From: Lingula anatina
Lineage: Eukaryota > Animalia > Brachiopoda
Reading direction: 5' to 3'
DNA length: 64,000 nt
NCBI GenBank assembly: GCA_051362555.1
Contig: CM120647.1
Location: 6,634,001-6,698,000, forward strand
In this document: piece after piece, positions 12,277-26,529 of the stretch
How the letters are laid out: every line of letters begins with the position of its first letter
Numbering within the stretch: position 1 is the stretch's first letter
Notes under the pieces: generated by a model
Database searches by the model: none
The model's input: the letters and a program-made list of their open reading frames with translations, nothing else
What the model was told of the DNA's origin: nothing
Position numbers and translations under genes: made by a program

Positions 12277-15200
12277 CATTCATTCTTGACTTTCACTTAT
12301 TGCGATAGGACCAACGAGAAGGAACAACCCGGAGGTTTGCACAAACTGAAAGAGAGTTTTAATTTTGAAATGATAGTTATGATAAAAAATGGGATTACAT
12401 AATCCAGATGACATGATAATAACAATGCCAATGGCAGGAATTGGAAATAACCAACCGTCACGAAGGATTTTTGGTTAAAACCACCGCATCAGACAGGATG
12501 CAACTTGGTTTATGGGATGCTTTCGTCTCTGTATGGATTTAAAGGTGCAGTTATATTTTAATTCATTTTTTTGGGGGGGTGGGGGGGGGGGGGAGAGAGA
12601 CGCATTTGCATATGCGAGTGGCAAAAAGGGTTGCTGATTGGTCTGTTTTATGAGCCGACGAGTTTCCAGATGTTATGCCAATACAAATGCTGCTGCATTC
12701 TCAAGACTGCTACATGTAACTTATTGCGCATGCTCGAAAAAGAGGAATTCAGCACACACACATAATGCGATGAGAGACTTGCGTACATTAACGATGGGTG
12801 CTCTGTCGTTATTTTTAATACTGATACAATATCCAAGTTTTGATGTTGTTGACTTTGAATGCTATAGTGGTGTCCTAGCTTGTGACGCTTTCGTACATGT
12901 ACAACAAACACACACGTCACAGAACCAAATTATATGTTATGTTTTTTCCTTGTTAACAAGCGGTGTGCTAATCTAATACCACGAGATATGATATGTCAGA
13001 TTCATATTTCCTTTTTTCATATTTTTTCCTCATATTGTATAAATGCACTAATTTTTTTTTTCACGTGGCGTTACCAGCACTTGCAGTTTCTTTAATATAC
13101 CATTCCTTCATTTTTAGCTAAGGTACAGAAAAGCTCTTGCATTTTTTATTTTCGGATTTGTGTAATTTTTTTGGTACTTTTTGAATAATTTTTATGTAGA
13201 ATTTAGGCAACCTTCTTAGACTTTAGTTAATGTTAGTTCTTTCTAACGAGCATTTTTAAGGAATACATTGGTATTTGGGGGGTCCGCAACCCACGCATAC
13301 ATTGTAATTCGAACCAAGCTATTTCTTTTTTAATTTTAGCGAAATTGACTCAGTTGATATCCCAGAGCAATATTGCTTCGGGTCATATTTGATTCTGAGT
13401 TGGATAAAGACCGCCATAAGGCGCAGAGCACTACCCTCAGCACACATGGTAAACGTGCTATAGAATAGCAATTCCTAAAAGGTACATTTTCAACAATGAA
13501 GACATACTCTTTAATGTAGACATAGCAGGAAGTATGCTATTGGAAATATAGACTTACATGTGTATAGGCTACAGTATGTATGGACGTTTTATACCAAAAG
13601 TTGAAATGCTCAAACGTTACAGTTTATCTTTTACGACTATTTTAATGTATACATATTTACTTAGACATGGTTGGGTGTCGTGTTTTTTTTTTATTAAGTT
13701 TTCTGTATTTTGTCTTCCTGCGTTGCAGCATTTGCTTCATCTTCCACGGCAGAGTGTACGTTTGTAGAGAACATTCTACATTGGCTGGTTTGCACATATA
13801 CGTGTTGCATTAGTCGCACCTACTGCACCTAACTGTCAGAAATGTACGTGTAAGGCAGACGACAAAATGACGCACACCTATATTTTGTTTAGATTTCAAA
13901 ATAACTTGGAGAGATGCGTGAGATGTAATGGAATTAGTTTTTAATTGTCTCTTGAGGAAGGCTATAGCAGTGCATATTATTCTTTCTAAATAGACTAAAC
14001 CTACATGTACACTCTACGTACGAGTAATCCTAAACTACGTACGAGTAAAACTAGACTTAAACTGTACGTAAGAGGGAGCTTGTGTCGTTGACCGCTTTAC
14101 GCGTCCCGGTGTATGCCGGTGTGACAGGAATAGGATACCTACACCTGTAGGAACGGACGTCCGAGGTCCCATGTATGATAGGGACAATTTCCACAGATAT
14201 TTGATACATTTTTCTCCACGGGTAGTCTCACTAAATTGCCATCTGCTATCGGCGAGGCCGAGCGTGCAAGAAAGTCAATTACCTCCCTTGCTGATTCGGT
14301 AGGCGTGACAGACATTTAAGTCTCCTCAGCTGATAGCAATTTAGCGTGAACACCCAGATAGATCGATCTAGGCATGAAAACACAGTCATAGAGTACAGGT
14401 TACGGTTAGTCGTGGATTTTTATTTACTTACTTATTTATTTATTACTTATTTATTTTTTTTTTTGGGGGGGGGGCGGATTTAAAGACTCATGCCTCCTTG
14501 GTGAAAAGACGTTTTGTCTCCTTAAAAACTATATTTTTTCTATCAAGTAAGATATGGTGTAATGAAAATCCTCTAAATGCAGTCTGGTCAAGAATGATGA
14601 TAACTTCCCTAGAACTACGGGAAAATACTGAGTTGAAATCGTATGCAAATTTGGGGTATGGGATTTTTGACATATCTTTTTTTCAAATTTGGGTTGGGGT
14701 TGGCTTTTCAGATTAGAGATGTTGTTGATTGATAAGTGACATTAGGCACTAGTAAAATCACATAGGTGATCCTGAATCTGCTCCTATGTATTTAATTGTG
14801 TAATGTGTGTTTGTGATTCAAACATGACAAGCTGCATAAGTTGTATTATATTTAGACTCATTTGTAGCTTATAATTAGGCACAGTCCTCTTACAAACCAG
14901 ACGATATTCCTCATATAAACAGGACAAGCTGTTTAAAACGGCTGTCGCAATTGGAACCGCTTCTCCTAGTACCTTCACTATATTTATAGATAAATGGGTT
15001 ATATCGGTGTGTTTAATTTATTGTTTTTATTACAAGTAAACATCTCTGTGTATATTGATAGTGGCTCCATTTTGCGGGCATCTCGCAAGGCTACTGTCCA
15101 ATCCCTTTTGTATTGAATTGAAACCGTATGTATATATTTTGCCGGATGAATAAATTATGTGTTTTCGGAGAACCATCGACTTTGTTGTCTTTTGTTTTAA

Positions 15201-15709
15201 ATGACGTAATCATTTTATCTTTCCTATTAAACTATCATTTTCTTCTTTTAATATTGAGCCAAAATTTTGTTACACCAGGCTTTGTCTTTGATTAACATAT
15301 TATCTTACGTTTAACTTATCTGTCAGTGTAATTGTGTATAGTATGCAGGTAGTTCAATGCTTTGACTCTCGCAGAATGCAAACACATGAACAGATTAACT
15401 CACTTACTCTTGTCCCAATCCTACTCGTACAATCGTCATATTTTCTGTATTTTACGCAACACCAAGGAGGAGGCTTGTTAATCTCTTAGACTGATTGCTT
15501 TCGGTGCTTTCATCGTCTGTCATATACAAAACAGTAATACAAATAAAGTAAAACAATACAAATACCCGCGAATAAATTATGTGATCCATATTTATAACCC
15601 AAAATAAAATGCACAAACGTACAGAAAACCATTTTTATTTTCTTGTATGTTTCTTCTAAAGATACACCCAGAGCTATTATCAGATATGTCCTAGTTTATC
15701 CATTCGCGT

Positions 15710-16596
15710 TCATGGCTTGGGGGTCGTTGAGGCCGTCGGTGGCAGAGTGAATATGGGTCTGCTAGGCCCCTTCTCGCACGTGCCATAAAACTTGATCTGT
15801 ATTGGGTCCAAACCTGATAATATAATATAATATAATATAATATAATATAATATAATATAATATAATATAATATAATATAATATAATATAAATGTGGAAAT
15901 GAAACACAATTCTTCAAAAGAATTAAATTTCTTCTTCTTCTTCTTATTATTATTACTGTTGTTGTTGTTGATCCTGTTGTTGTTGTATTGCGCATCTTAC
16001 CAATTAAATCTGCAGCGTTAGACGCAATTTTCAAGTAGCAGTCATTCCTGTACGTTTTGCCGTCTGTCCCGCACACCGGAAAGTATACGAGGTAACAGGC
16101 ACGGACTGAAATTATTGATTGATTATAACCATGCCCTGTTAGCAGTTATCTTATTAGAAGTTGATATCAGGTTGTTGTCATTGACGTCACAATCGAGCAA
16201 CAATTTGGTACAAACGGTCAACAAAAGAACCCAGGTGTGAAGAAAAATACATTTAAGAACGTCCTTGGGATACTGACCAGAAGGAGCTAACGGCTCAACG
16301 TGCCATTTTCAGATAAAAATGACATTTCTGTCTAAAGATATTGCTTGTGGGGCACCTTATATATAATAAATAACTAAATTTATTTTAAATTATTAATTTA
16401 TTAAAATAAAATGATAACCATACAAACAGATAAATGGATAAATAGATAAATAAATAAAATAATTTTAATACTGTAGATGATAGAAGCCAGAAAACAGACA
16501 GACAGAATCCAATTATTCAGAAAACATACAATAGAAGTGTCGCACTATACCTGTGGAAATGACAACTATCAGCAAAAGTACTCCAAGAAATTTCAT
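15710..16596 (-). CDS. Secreted single-domain Kazal-type serine protease inhibitor (4-Cys variant), about 84 aa, 3 exons
   Basis: Exons 16596-16551, 16105-16001 and 15813-15710; both introns are GT-AG and phase 1. Protein: MKFLGVLLLIVVISTVRA-CYLVYFPVCGTDGKTYRNDCYLKIASNAADLIGLDPIQIKFYGTCEKGPSRPIFTLPPTASTTPKP*. It has a hydrophobic signal peptide and the Kazal signature PVCGTDGKTY.N.C. Confidence 0.88.
15817..15891. repeat. (ATAAT)n pentanucleotide microsatellite in Kazal intron 2
   Basis: About 14 perfect units directly abutting the acceptor of exon 3. Confidence 0.95.
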
Positions 16597-17826
16597 GGCA
16601 CCCTGATGGTAAATTAACTGTACCAAAATTGTACTGAGTTCACTATCATAGTCTATACTGCACTAACCAAGCAAACTTATACGGATCGACAGCTGCCAGT
16701 TTCCTGAGGCCCGTTTACACTTACAGACCAGGACCGCTTGGGCCTAAACTGTTTCTCAAATGACCTTAAGTCTAAATGCTGGTGTAAATGTGTACACCAA
16801 AATTGCTGTCAACCTTGACCCAAATGAACCTGTGATTGTTTTATCGCAGGAAAGATCAATGCGTTTAGTTAATGTTCCATGTCACTACTTGCTTACAATT
16901 CGCTTGCTTTAAACATACAACTCCTATGGACTTACAATAACTTGAACTGAAGTAGACTAAAATGTTGGTCTAACATTTAAGACCAACTTCCGGTCTTAAA
17001 TTCTCCTCGGAACCAGTGTGAACGGAATAGAAGTCCAGGGTCCCATATGAATAGTACAGGTCAGGGTTAGTCGGAGTATTGGTGTTAGTATATGGGACGA
17101 ATGTCAGCTGTACTAAGTAATGGTTCCTTGCTGACTACCATTCCTGTTACACCGTACCATTGTAACGTGACACAGAGTCCCCCATGATAGAGAGTCCGCT
17201 TCCCATTCATTTACAGGTGAGCCTCGCCCTAGATTTTGACCCCCTTAAGTCAGATTAACCCTAACCATTATAACTATGTGGAGGGCGGACTTTCTGTTAC
17301 ACGGACTCTCATTGTCGTTACACGGGCTCCTTGAATGATACAGATACAATATTTGCGCACTGTCATCGGCACCAATCTCTGTGCCATGTGGTTCTCTAAC
17401 TCCTTCTGTAGTTTTTCTATCGGGTACATGTAGTATATAGACAGGGTGAAAATTCCCTCGCAAAATTTCCTTTGGACAGCGCAGAAAAGCCGTAGAAAAA
17501 CATATAAATTCTAAAAAAAATATCTGACAAGATTAATCCGCGCCCATGGCAGAAGGCACTGGTACATGCACCTTCCCAAAGCATCCATTTTTTACCACGT
17601 CATCCCTTAGCACATAGAACCAAGGAACTTAATAAGTTTCTATCGTTCATTGCACTGTGCACTAAAACAAGGCACTAAAGTAATACACCATAGCCCTGTA
17701 GACCCTGTCAAACGATGTAAGGACTCGGAGTATGGATTATTATTTTACAGCTGCCCAACCGCCCCTATCCCGTCGATATTTTATTTATTTATTTATTTAT
17801 TTAGTTAGTTAGTTATTTAGTTAGTT

Positions 17827-17868
<42 letters not shown>

Positions 17869-19548
17869 ATGGTAATCTCCCCCCCCCCCCATTTCAAATT
17901 AAGCTTTTCACGAGGTTAACGAGTTCCACGGATGAAGCACAGTTGTGTCGACGCACAGGTAGAACCAGTACTCTTCATGTAGAACTGGCATGTGTGCTGG
18001 TCCCCAAGGCGTGTTGTCTGATAAGAACAGAAATGATGTAAGGAGGAGGAGGGGGGGGGGTGACAGGTGTGTTTGTACTTGATAACCTAGATGTTAATTG
18101 TTTGTTCTTGTGTGTGTGTGTGTGTGCGTGTGCATGTGTGTGTGTGTGTATGTGTGTGTGTGTTGGTGCGTGTGCGTGTATGTGTGTGTGTGCTTGTTTG
18201 ACCGTGTGTGTGTATACAGGGTATGTGTTTTTGTTTGTGAGCGTGTGTCTTTGTGTGAGTTTTTTTTTTTTTTTTCTTTTTTTGTGAATTGTGCTACTCT
18301 TTACCCAGGTTGAAATCCTTTACCCCGGAAAAAGATAAAGAAGTAAAGAAAAATAAGCAAACGGGCATGCATGCTGTTATGTTTATGCCGGAGAGGTTAT
18401 CTTGCCCAAGGTTTAACCCTAAAATTCATATCTTTCCTCCCTGTTTTTGAGGTCCGATTTTGTCACATTAGAAAGACAAAACCTATCTTTAGTAATAAAG
18501 TTGTTGGCAAATATGTTTTTGCACATGGGGAACTTCCACCACGCTAAGCGAGTATATCAAACATGACAAAAATAGGCGGCAGTACTTCAAGAGACGGAAA
18601 CCATTCGTAAATCCCGAGGAGGATGAGAGCTTTCTCTCTGAAACTCCCGTGATTTGTATAATTTAAATTCTTATGAGTTCTTTATGAAGTCTTCTATAAA
18701 ATAACCAGTCGCATGCAAACTTATGCGTCAAATCAAATTATCCCTACGCTAGATGTGACTTAGTCAAATTTTGAGCTAACAGTTTATTAAATTATAATCA
18801 CAATGAAAGTACACGCTGTAGGTAGTAGGAAAACAATATCAGGTGGGAATGATATTTTCTGTAAGGAGAAATCTATGTTTGCATCGGGCTTAAAGAAACA
18901 AGAGTCCAGGTCTTTAGTTACAGTCTGAGGAAGCCTCTTCTTTGCTGTTTAAAAATAGCTGTCAATTGTTTACAGAACTCAAGTGTTCGTGTCTTCTTTC
19001 TCCCAGATGGTGATTCCTATCGCATTTTCTCTGATTTCACGTGCACACGCTGCATCTTGGCTATGATTTGAACAATCTTTTCTTCGTTCACTCTATAGCA
19101 ATAATGGCTGTTATAACACGACCAAAAGTCCGTCTCGCATTCAGCTCCTCATTTGGTCTCCGATGGTGCAAGAGGAGAGGTAGACAAAAAAGTAATGAGG
19201 GACAACATTTTAAAGCGCATTCAGAATAGCGGACTAACAGATCAAAGATGGCCGCGGAACAAAGATGGCCGACCCACTTGAATGCTTGTTGCGTAATCCC
19301 TGCTGCGAATTAAGCGGTCGCCATATTTGATCCGCGGATCCGTTAGTCCGCTGTCCTAAATGCACTGAAAGAATGGACGGACATGAGCTTCTTCCCGATT
19401 GAGGCATCATCGCACGTTGGAAAATAATGGGAAAACTTGGCGTGCGGAGTGTCAGCATAGCGCCATTATGATTCGATGTTACAGAGATTAAGACAGTGCA
19501 ATTTAGGTCGAATTTCGATCCATAATTGTTCTAGTCTGAGGGCATTCT

Positions 19549-19628
19549 TATAAAAATGCATCATTCACTGTTAAAACCATATTGACAGATCACGTCTGCA
19601 TACTGTCGAGATCGTTGTTTTATTGAAG
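19549..19628 (+). promoter_or_regulatory. Putative TATA box and non-coding first exon of TSP1-LamG copy 1
   Basis: TATAAAA at 19549, Inr-like CCATATT about 30 nt downstream, and strong donor GAAG|GTAAGG after 19628. The same arrangement is conserved at 25281-25361 and 35094-35173. A matching acceptor (t-tract)cttaaag lies just before each signal-peptide ATG. Confidence 0.6.
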
Positions 19629-20932
19629 GTAAGGATAAAATTTAGAATAAGAGTTAAAATGAGTTTTGAAGAGTAAAACCATTATACTTTAAAATGATGT
19701 TGATAGTTAACTATTTTCTAGTATTCGCACAGACAAACGCAGAATTTTTTTTCGACAATTTTCGAGCGCATAATAATTTGTACATTTGGCCCTGATGAAG
19801 TGGTTGCTTGACTGAACATATACTATTTCATATTTAAAATGATGACTTGTTCTATTTGTTCGTTCAGCAATTACACAAACTTACGGTACAGATCGAGTAT
19901 AATTAATTATCTCTTTAATATAAAAAACATCAGTGGAAGAAATGAGTACCAGCTAAAACATTCATTTTGTTTCACGTTTCCATGCACTTAGTACTGAAGT
20001 TTGTTAGTTTAAGCAATGCATTGTTTTAAAAATGATTTTTCTCTTTGAGCTGCACCTTTAACATCAAAAGTTCTAGTTCTATAGTTCTAGGAGGAATGTA
20101 GCGCTTGTCAAACTAAAACCGATGCTCACATATTTACAGACGCAGGCATACACGCTCGATCCACACATGCGCACACATATGCATACGCACATGGATATTT
20201 ATATTCGCTCGCACGTACACATATACACACACTTGTGCGTACGCCTACTCGCACAAATACAAAGCCTTGTGTGGTATACACTTACATACTCGCATGTGTA
20301 CGCTATCATTCACACACGCGAGTACACACACACACACACACGTACATGTACGCACATAAGTGAACACAAAGAGACGCTCATACTCAATGAATGACAGATT
20401 TGCACATGTAGCGAATGTCAAAACAAAAATTTCCGGTGGAGGAATAAACATTTATTTACACTCGTCTAGACACAATATGGTGACGGTGAACTGAAATATA
20501 ATTGAAACAAATGAAACAAATGAGAGTAAAAGAATAAACAAATATGAAATTAAACTTAATACAAATATCTCAATGCAGAAATTACAATAAAACACATACA
20601 TTAAATAACTGAAAATACGTACATAACAATGCTGCCTCCATTCTTTAGCATACAGTACTAGGCGTGTTCCAACCATGACAATACATGGTGACGTTTTATT
20701 ACCACACATCAGAACATCAGTCATCCAACATATGAGGGCGCCACTCACACCAAGACGAGACAACACAAAGTAATCAAGACAAACAACACAAGCAAACGAA
20801 ACAAAACAAAAAATAAATTTGCCGACGACACTGTTGGCAACTGTGCATATTACACAATTTCTTAATAACCAAATTTTATGCTCTCTATCTACACTGTTTT
20901 TTTTTTTTTTCTTAAAGGCAAAGACACTGACA

Positions 20933-21892
20933 ATGTGTACAAAACACTTGCCGTGGTGTTTCCTGCTGGCAGTGGCTGTCTTCTGTGCTGGAAGTCAGGT
21001 AGGCATTGAGTGATTTAACTACAGTTTGAAAGAGTCGCAACTGTGTTTAAACATGAACTTATGTTTATTGTATGTATGTATGTATGTATGTATGTGCACA
21101 GATTTTCAAATTTCCCAGGTACACCTAAATTGAAGACTTACGCAACAGATAAAAGGCAGATTAATTTATACATGCATGTACAAAATATCATAGCTTAGTT
21201 TTCACCAGTAATAAAATCATGTGCATTCAGGTGACTTCGTATGTAATCTATATTTCACAATAAGTACATTGTAAACAACTCATATAAATAAAATATATTC
21301 TATTTTACCACAAAAAAGAAAGTTGTAGTAATAAATCTGAAATATGTGCTTGCCATCTGACCACGTGACCTCCATAGAAAGATATACTCTGTAATAATAT
21401 CTTAAAGATTATTACACAAAAAACAAACTTTTAAGAAAAAAAAAAGAAGAAATTGAATGTAAAAAGGGACTCATTAACCATTGGTAAGTATGGGAAAATT
21501 GTTGTCTACTCCAGGAAAATTCATTTTTTGGCCAAAACGAAGAGTTATTATCCCTTTAAATGTGAATGATACGTCAAAGCAAGTGCAATATATCCTGTAA
21601 TATCGTTCATCTGTAGTCATGTGACTCCAAGGACAAATCTGATTGGAGCGCCTGCACCGCTTCTTGTGGTGGCGGACTGCAAACTAGAAGATGTAGTGAC
21701 ACCAGCATCGTCGCGCGGGCGTGTAATCCTCAGTCTTGTGCAAACTCTTGGAATAACATAGGTAAAGGTGTTGGTATTGCGGTGTTGGTAGTGCCCTAAA
21801 GAAAAAGTACTGTACGATCTTATAGGATCCTTGAAAAAATCTATAGGACTTAGTAGGGTGGCTTTTATTTTTAATCGTGCGACGTAAATAAA

Positions 21893-21936
<44 letters not shown>

Positions 21937-23069
21937 GAGGAGCAAAGGGTGCAAACCATGTCAAATATTGTGAGTAAAGTCCTCCAAACTCTTTATTTCA
22001 GTTAAAGTACCACCACCTCGCGGCTTCTGGCCGCTTCAGAGCTCCACTAGGGGGCGGGATTGTAGTCTCCATGGCAACCACGCTCACGTTCACGGTGTAT
22101 CATTTCATCGTGGTAAGAATCAGTAATGGCTATGAACTTATGTAACAATTGGGTTGAGAATTGGCTGTGGATACTATGAAGCGTGTGTTTACTAGTGACC
22201 CGGGTCACGTGGTGGTGGGTCACATGTGGAGGGACGAGGCGCTTATGGCACTGTTTCCTTTTGTTCACTTTGAATAAATAAAGCTAGGTCCAGTGCTTTT
22301 TATTCGTTTATTATTTTTTTGTCAGTCTTAATATAAGCTACAAAGTTACCCGACATATAATTGCACTTTACTTGTTTCATTAGGAAAAAAGGTCTAAAAG
22401 TACGTTGATGTATTAAATACCCTGTGTTTTGATACATATGATTGGATGATCGACTTATAAGGTTTTACTTATATGTTTCATATACTAGAAAGCTACGATG
22501 GCGCCTACAGTTCTGCAAAATTTGCGGGAACGGCCATGTCCTATCTGACAATTCCGAATGAAGGTGCCAAATTAGAGACTCGCTCGTTTACGTACGTCGC
22601 CTTTGTGAGAATCTTCGCTGATGACACCAATAATGCGGGTCCACTGTTTAATTTCCAAATTGAAGAAAATGACGCTTTCAGTAAATACGGCACCCACATT
22701 TCGCTTAATGGTTCTAATAGACTTTTTGTTCGTTTGATGATCGCGCAGCCGTATAAGTTCCTCGGCAACTTTGCACTCCCGGCATTCTCAGCATCCACCT
22801 GGGTTCACGCTGCCGTTTCCTATGACTATACCACCGGGCTGTACCATATGTACAAGAACGGTGTTGAATTGGGGGAGTCATATGTGGGCCGTCACATCCA
22901 TGCTACAAGCGGTCCAGTTCGTATTGGCGCCCGCCACCTGTCTGCTAACGATAACCGCTACTTCAGGGGAGCCATGAAGTGCGTGCAGTGGTTTGGTGAG
23001 GTGCTCACAGCAAAGCAGATTCAGGAGACCATGCACGCTTGCGATAACCCTGTGCCCTGTCGCGGTTAG
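20933..23069 (+). CDS. Secreted TSP1-like + LamG/pentraxin-like (ConA jelly-roll) protein, copy 1 (about 300 aa)
   Basis: Exons: 20933-20998 (signal MCTKHLPWCFLLAVAVFCAGSQ); 21617-21761 (WSACTASCGGGLQTRRC; ancestral donor deleted, cryptic donor inferred); 22002-22112 (GFWPL..RDCSLHGNHA); 22489-23069 (SFTYVAFVR, WVHAAVSYD, YKNG, VRIG, F.G.M..VQWF..VLT..QI = LamG-3/pentraxin pattern). Frame is continuous across junctions. Confidence 0.85.
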
Positions 23070-25280
23070 TCCACAGACCTTTCCCAGAATATGGACTTAT
23101 TCCTAAAATATTATTCATTTGTTTTTCTTTTACGCCGATATCCTTATCTTGAAACACGATAAAGAAATTGTAGTCTTTGAAGATCGAAATTAATTACATT
23201 GCTTTTCTTTTTTTTCTATTATGTATTCAATACATTTGAGTAAAATTGCATTGTGATGAAAAGTATTCAAAAAGATGAATTGGCAGACAAAGTTTATTGC
23301 ATTTTGTTTGATACTTGTTCTGTTTCATTTCTGATTCTTCATATTCAATTTTTGGACATATCTGTACTAGTAGATCTAGATAACTGATCACTTAATTTAA
23401 TAAATTCTGAGCAGACAATCTTTTGTATTGGTTTTTGAATGAATATGTTGGTTTCATTTTTTCTTTGGTTTTAATTTAGATAACTACACGTGGAAAGGTC
23501 TCTCCTTCATTTCGTTCTTCATGTATAGTATAAGATTCAGGATGAATATGGTGAATTCCTTAACACGAAACACGAATTATTTTTACCGTGTCTCTTCATT
23601 TCCATCAACTATGGGATTGAACCTAAAAGACAGTGGCTGTCTTAACATGTATGTCATATTTATACTGTCAGTATGAGGGAACCTGACTTAAAGCTATTTA
23701 CTTGATAAATGTTTGAAGTATCCAAATAGAATATTACTGTGGTAATATTAAATGGGTCTCATTTGAAAAAAAAAAATCGCCGGATTTAACCTTCTAGTCA
23801 TTCTGATTTGCCGGCAGGAATATACTTTCCAACTTCAAGTGTAATTCTTTACTTAGCAGAAGAAACCACAGAAGAAACCTATAAAGCCTCAGTGCGCATG
23901 CGCTCCTATTGTATTAGCGGTAAAATAGTTGTCGTAAACCCCCCGACATCTATCATTTCTGGAGCTTGAAACACTTCAGATTGTTGTCATATTGGACGAA
24001 ATGAATGATTAAAGAGTAGCTTTCACACGTATGCCTTACCCAGTTACAGCAGCATTGGCAAATTAGCTGGTTTGGTAAGAGCTGAGCTGGTTCGGGACTA
24101 CCAGCTCAACGTTTGCTCGCACATTTTCCCACAATGCAGTTCGATATCCCTACTGAGCCACATCCGGAAAGTGAAGAATGGGTCTCTCTGGTTATTTGCT
24201 CCATCACATGAATATTCTTTTAAATAAAATACTTTAAGGTATCCTATCAAAAACTGTTGAATTTCAATTGAAGAAGTAACAGTTGTACAATGCCTAATTG
24301 TTTAATCAAAAAGACAAGAAATGCTAACAATTAGAACAAAGATAATGAACTCATAATAGCAGTAGCTTACAACTAAATAAAGAATGGTTCAATATGACAC
24401 AGTGTATCAGTCAGACTTCGTTTATAAAAAAATCAGTCGCATGCAAACTTCTGTGTCGATTCAAATTGTCCATATACTAGAAGTGCCTTTGTCAAAGTAA
24501 TCGAAGACCTTCGAAAATTTGAGCTTACAGCTTGTTAAATTATAATCACAATGAAAGTACACGCTGTAGGTAGTAGGAAAACAATATCAGGTGGGAATTA
24601 AATTTTCTGTAAGGAGAAATCTATCGTTTGCATCGGGTTGAAGAAACAAGAGTCCAGGTCTTAAGTTACAGTTTGTGGAAGCCTCTTCTATGTCGCTTAA
24701 AAATAGCAGTCCATTATATACAGATCTCATGTTTTCGTGTCTCCTTTCTCTCAGGTGGTGAATCGTATCATATTTTCTCCGATTTCACGTGTGTACGCTG
24801 CATCTTGGCTTTTCTTCGTTCACTCTATATCAATAATGGCTTTAATCACACGGCCGAAATTCCTTCTAGCATTCAGCTCCTCATTTGGTCTCTGATGGTG
24901 CAAGAGCAGAGGTAGACAAAAAAGTAATGAGGGACAACATTTTAGAGCGCATTCAGTATAGCGGACTAACAGACCAAAGATTGCCGCGGAACAAAGATGG
25001 CCGACCCACTTGAATGCTTGTTGCGTAATCCCCGCTGCGAATTAAGCGGTCGCCATATTTGATCCGCGGGTCTGTTAGTCCGCTGTCCTAAATGCACTGA
25101 AAGAATGGACGGACATGAGCTTCTTTCCGATTGAGGCATCATCGCACGTTGGGAAATAATGGGAAAACCTGGCGTGCGGAGTGTCAGCATAGCGACTCCA
25201 TGATTCCATGTTACAGAGAATAAAAAGGTGCAATTTAGGTCGAATTTCGATCCATAATTGTTCTAGTCTGAGGGCACTCT

Positions 25281-25361
25281 TATAAAAAATGCATCATTCT
25301 CTGATAAAACCATATTGACAGAACACGTCTGCATACTGTCGTGATTGTTGTTTTATTGAAG
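25281..25361 (+). promoter_or_regulatory. Putative TATA box and non-coding first exon of TSP1-LamG copy 2
   Basis: Homologous to 19549-19628; TATAAAA at 25281 and donor GAAG|GTAAGG after 25361. Confidence 0.55.
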
Positions 25362-26252
25362 GTAAGGTAATAATTTAGAAAAAGAGGTTAATTGAGTTTT
25401 GAAGAGTAAAATCATTATACTTAAAATAATGTTGATAGTTATTGACTCTGTTTTATTTTTTAGTATTCGAAAAGACAATTGAAGTAAGCTTCTTCTACCA
25501 TTTACATCAAAGTGCATAATAATTTGTACATTTGGCCCTGATGAAGTGGTTGCTTGACTGTAGATACTGTATGTTATTTCCTATTTAAAATTGGAAATTA
25601 TTCTGTTTTGTCGTTCAGCACTTTACGATTATTATTTCTTTAATACAAAAAAAAAAAGAAAAAAAAACACGCAAGTGGAAGAAATGACCATTCATTTTCT
25701 TTCACGTTTCCATGAATTTCGTACTGAAGTTAGTTATATTAAGAAATGCATTGTTTTGAAATGTTCGAATAGATGATTATTCTCTTCGAGCTGCACCTTA
25801 AACATCAAAAGTTCTAGTTCTATCGTTCTAGAAGGAATGTAGGGATTGTCAAACGAAACAAGATGCTCACATATGCACAGGCCAATACATACACTCTCCA
25901 TCCACACATATATGCATGCGCACATGCACATGTAAGTTCGATCGCACGTACACATAAGCACACACATGTGCGTACACCTGCACACACACATATGCATAGT
26001 CTTTTGTATATACACATATACACTAGCATGCACACACGTACGTACACAAACACACACACACACACACACGCACACACACACAAATACACACACACGTGTA
26101 AGCACACAAGTAAACACATAGAGACGCTCACACACATATGAATGACAGATTTGAACATACCGGTATTATACAATTCATCATTTACCAAATTTTATGCTAT
26201 CTATCTATGTATCTATCTACATTTTTTCTTCTTAAAGGAAAGGAAACTGACA

Positions 26253-26482
26253 ATGGCTGTAAAATACTTGCCATGGTGTTTTCTGCTTGCAGTGGCTGTC
26301 TTCTGTGCTGGATATCAGGTAGACATTGTGAAATTTATTTATACAGTTTGAAAAAAGTGTGGATTAGATCTGTAGATTAAACGTTATCGTGAATTTTTGT
26401 ATGTACAGACTTGACATTTTATATGGAATATTTCAGTATTGAAGGTATATGCCTAGGTAAAAATGTGTTCTTAAAAAACAAA

Positions 26483-26529
<47 letters not shown>

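Noticed and set aside
25734-26188. Cys/Val-rich ORFs (also near 7000, 18100, 35800, 41800 and 46700)
   Set aside because: Translations of (CA/TG)n microsatellites.
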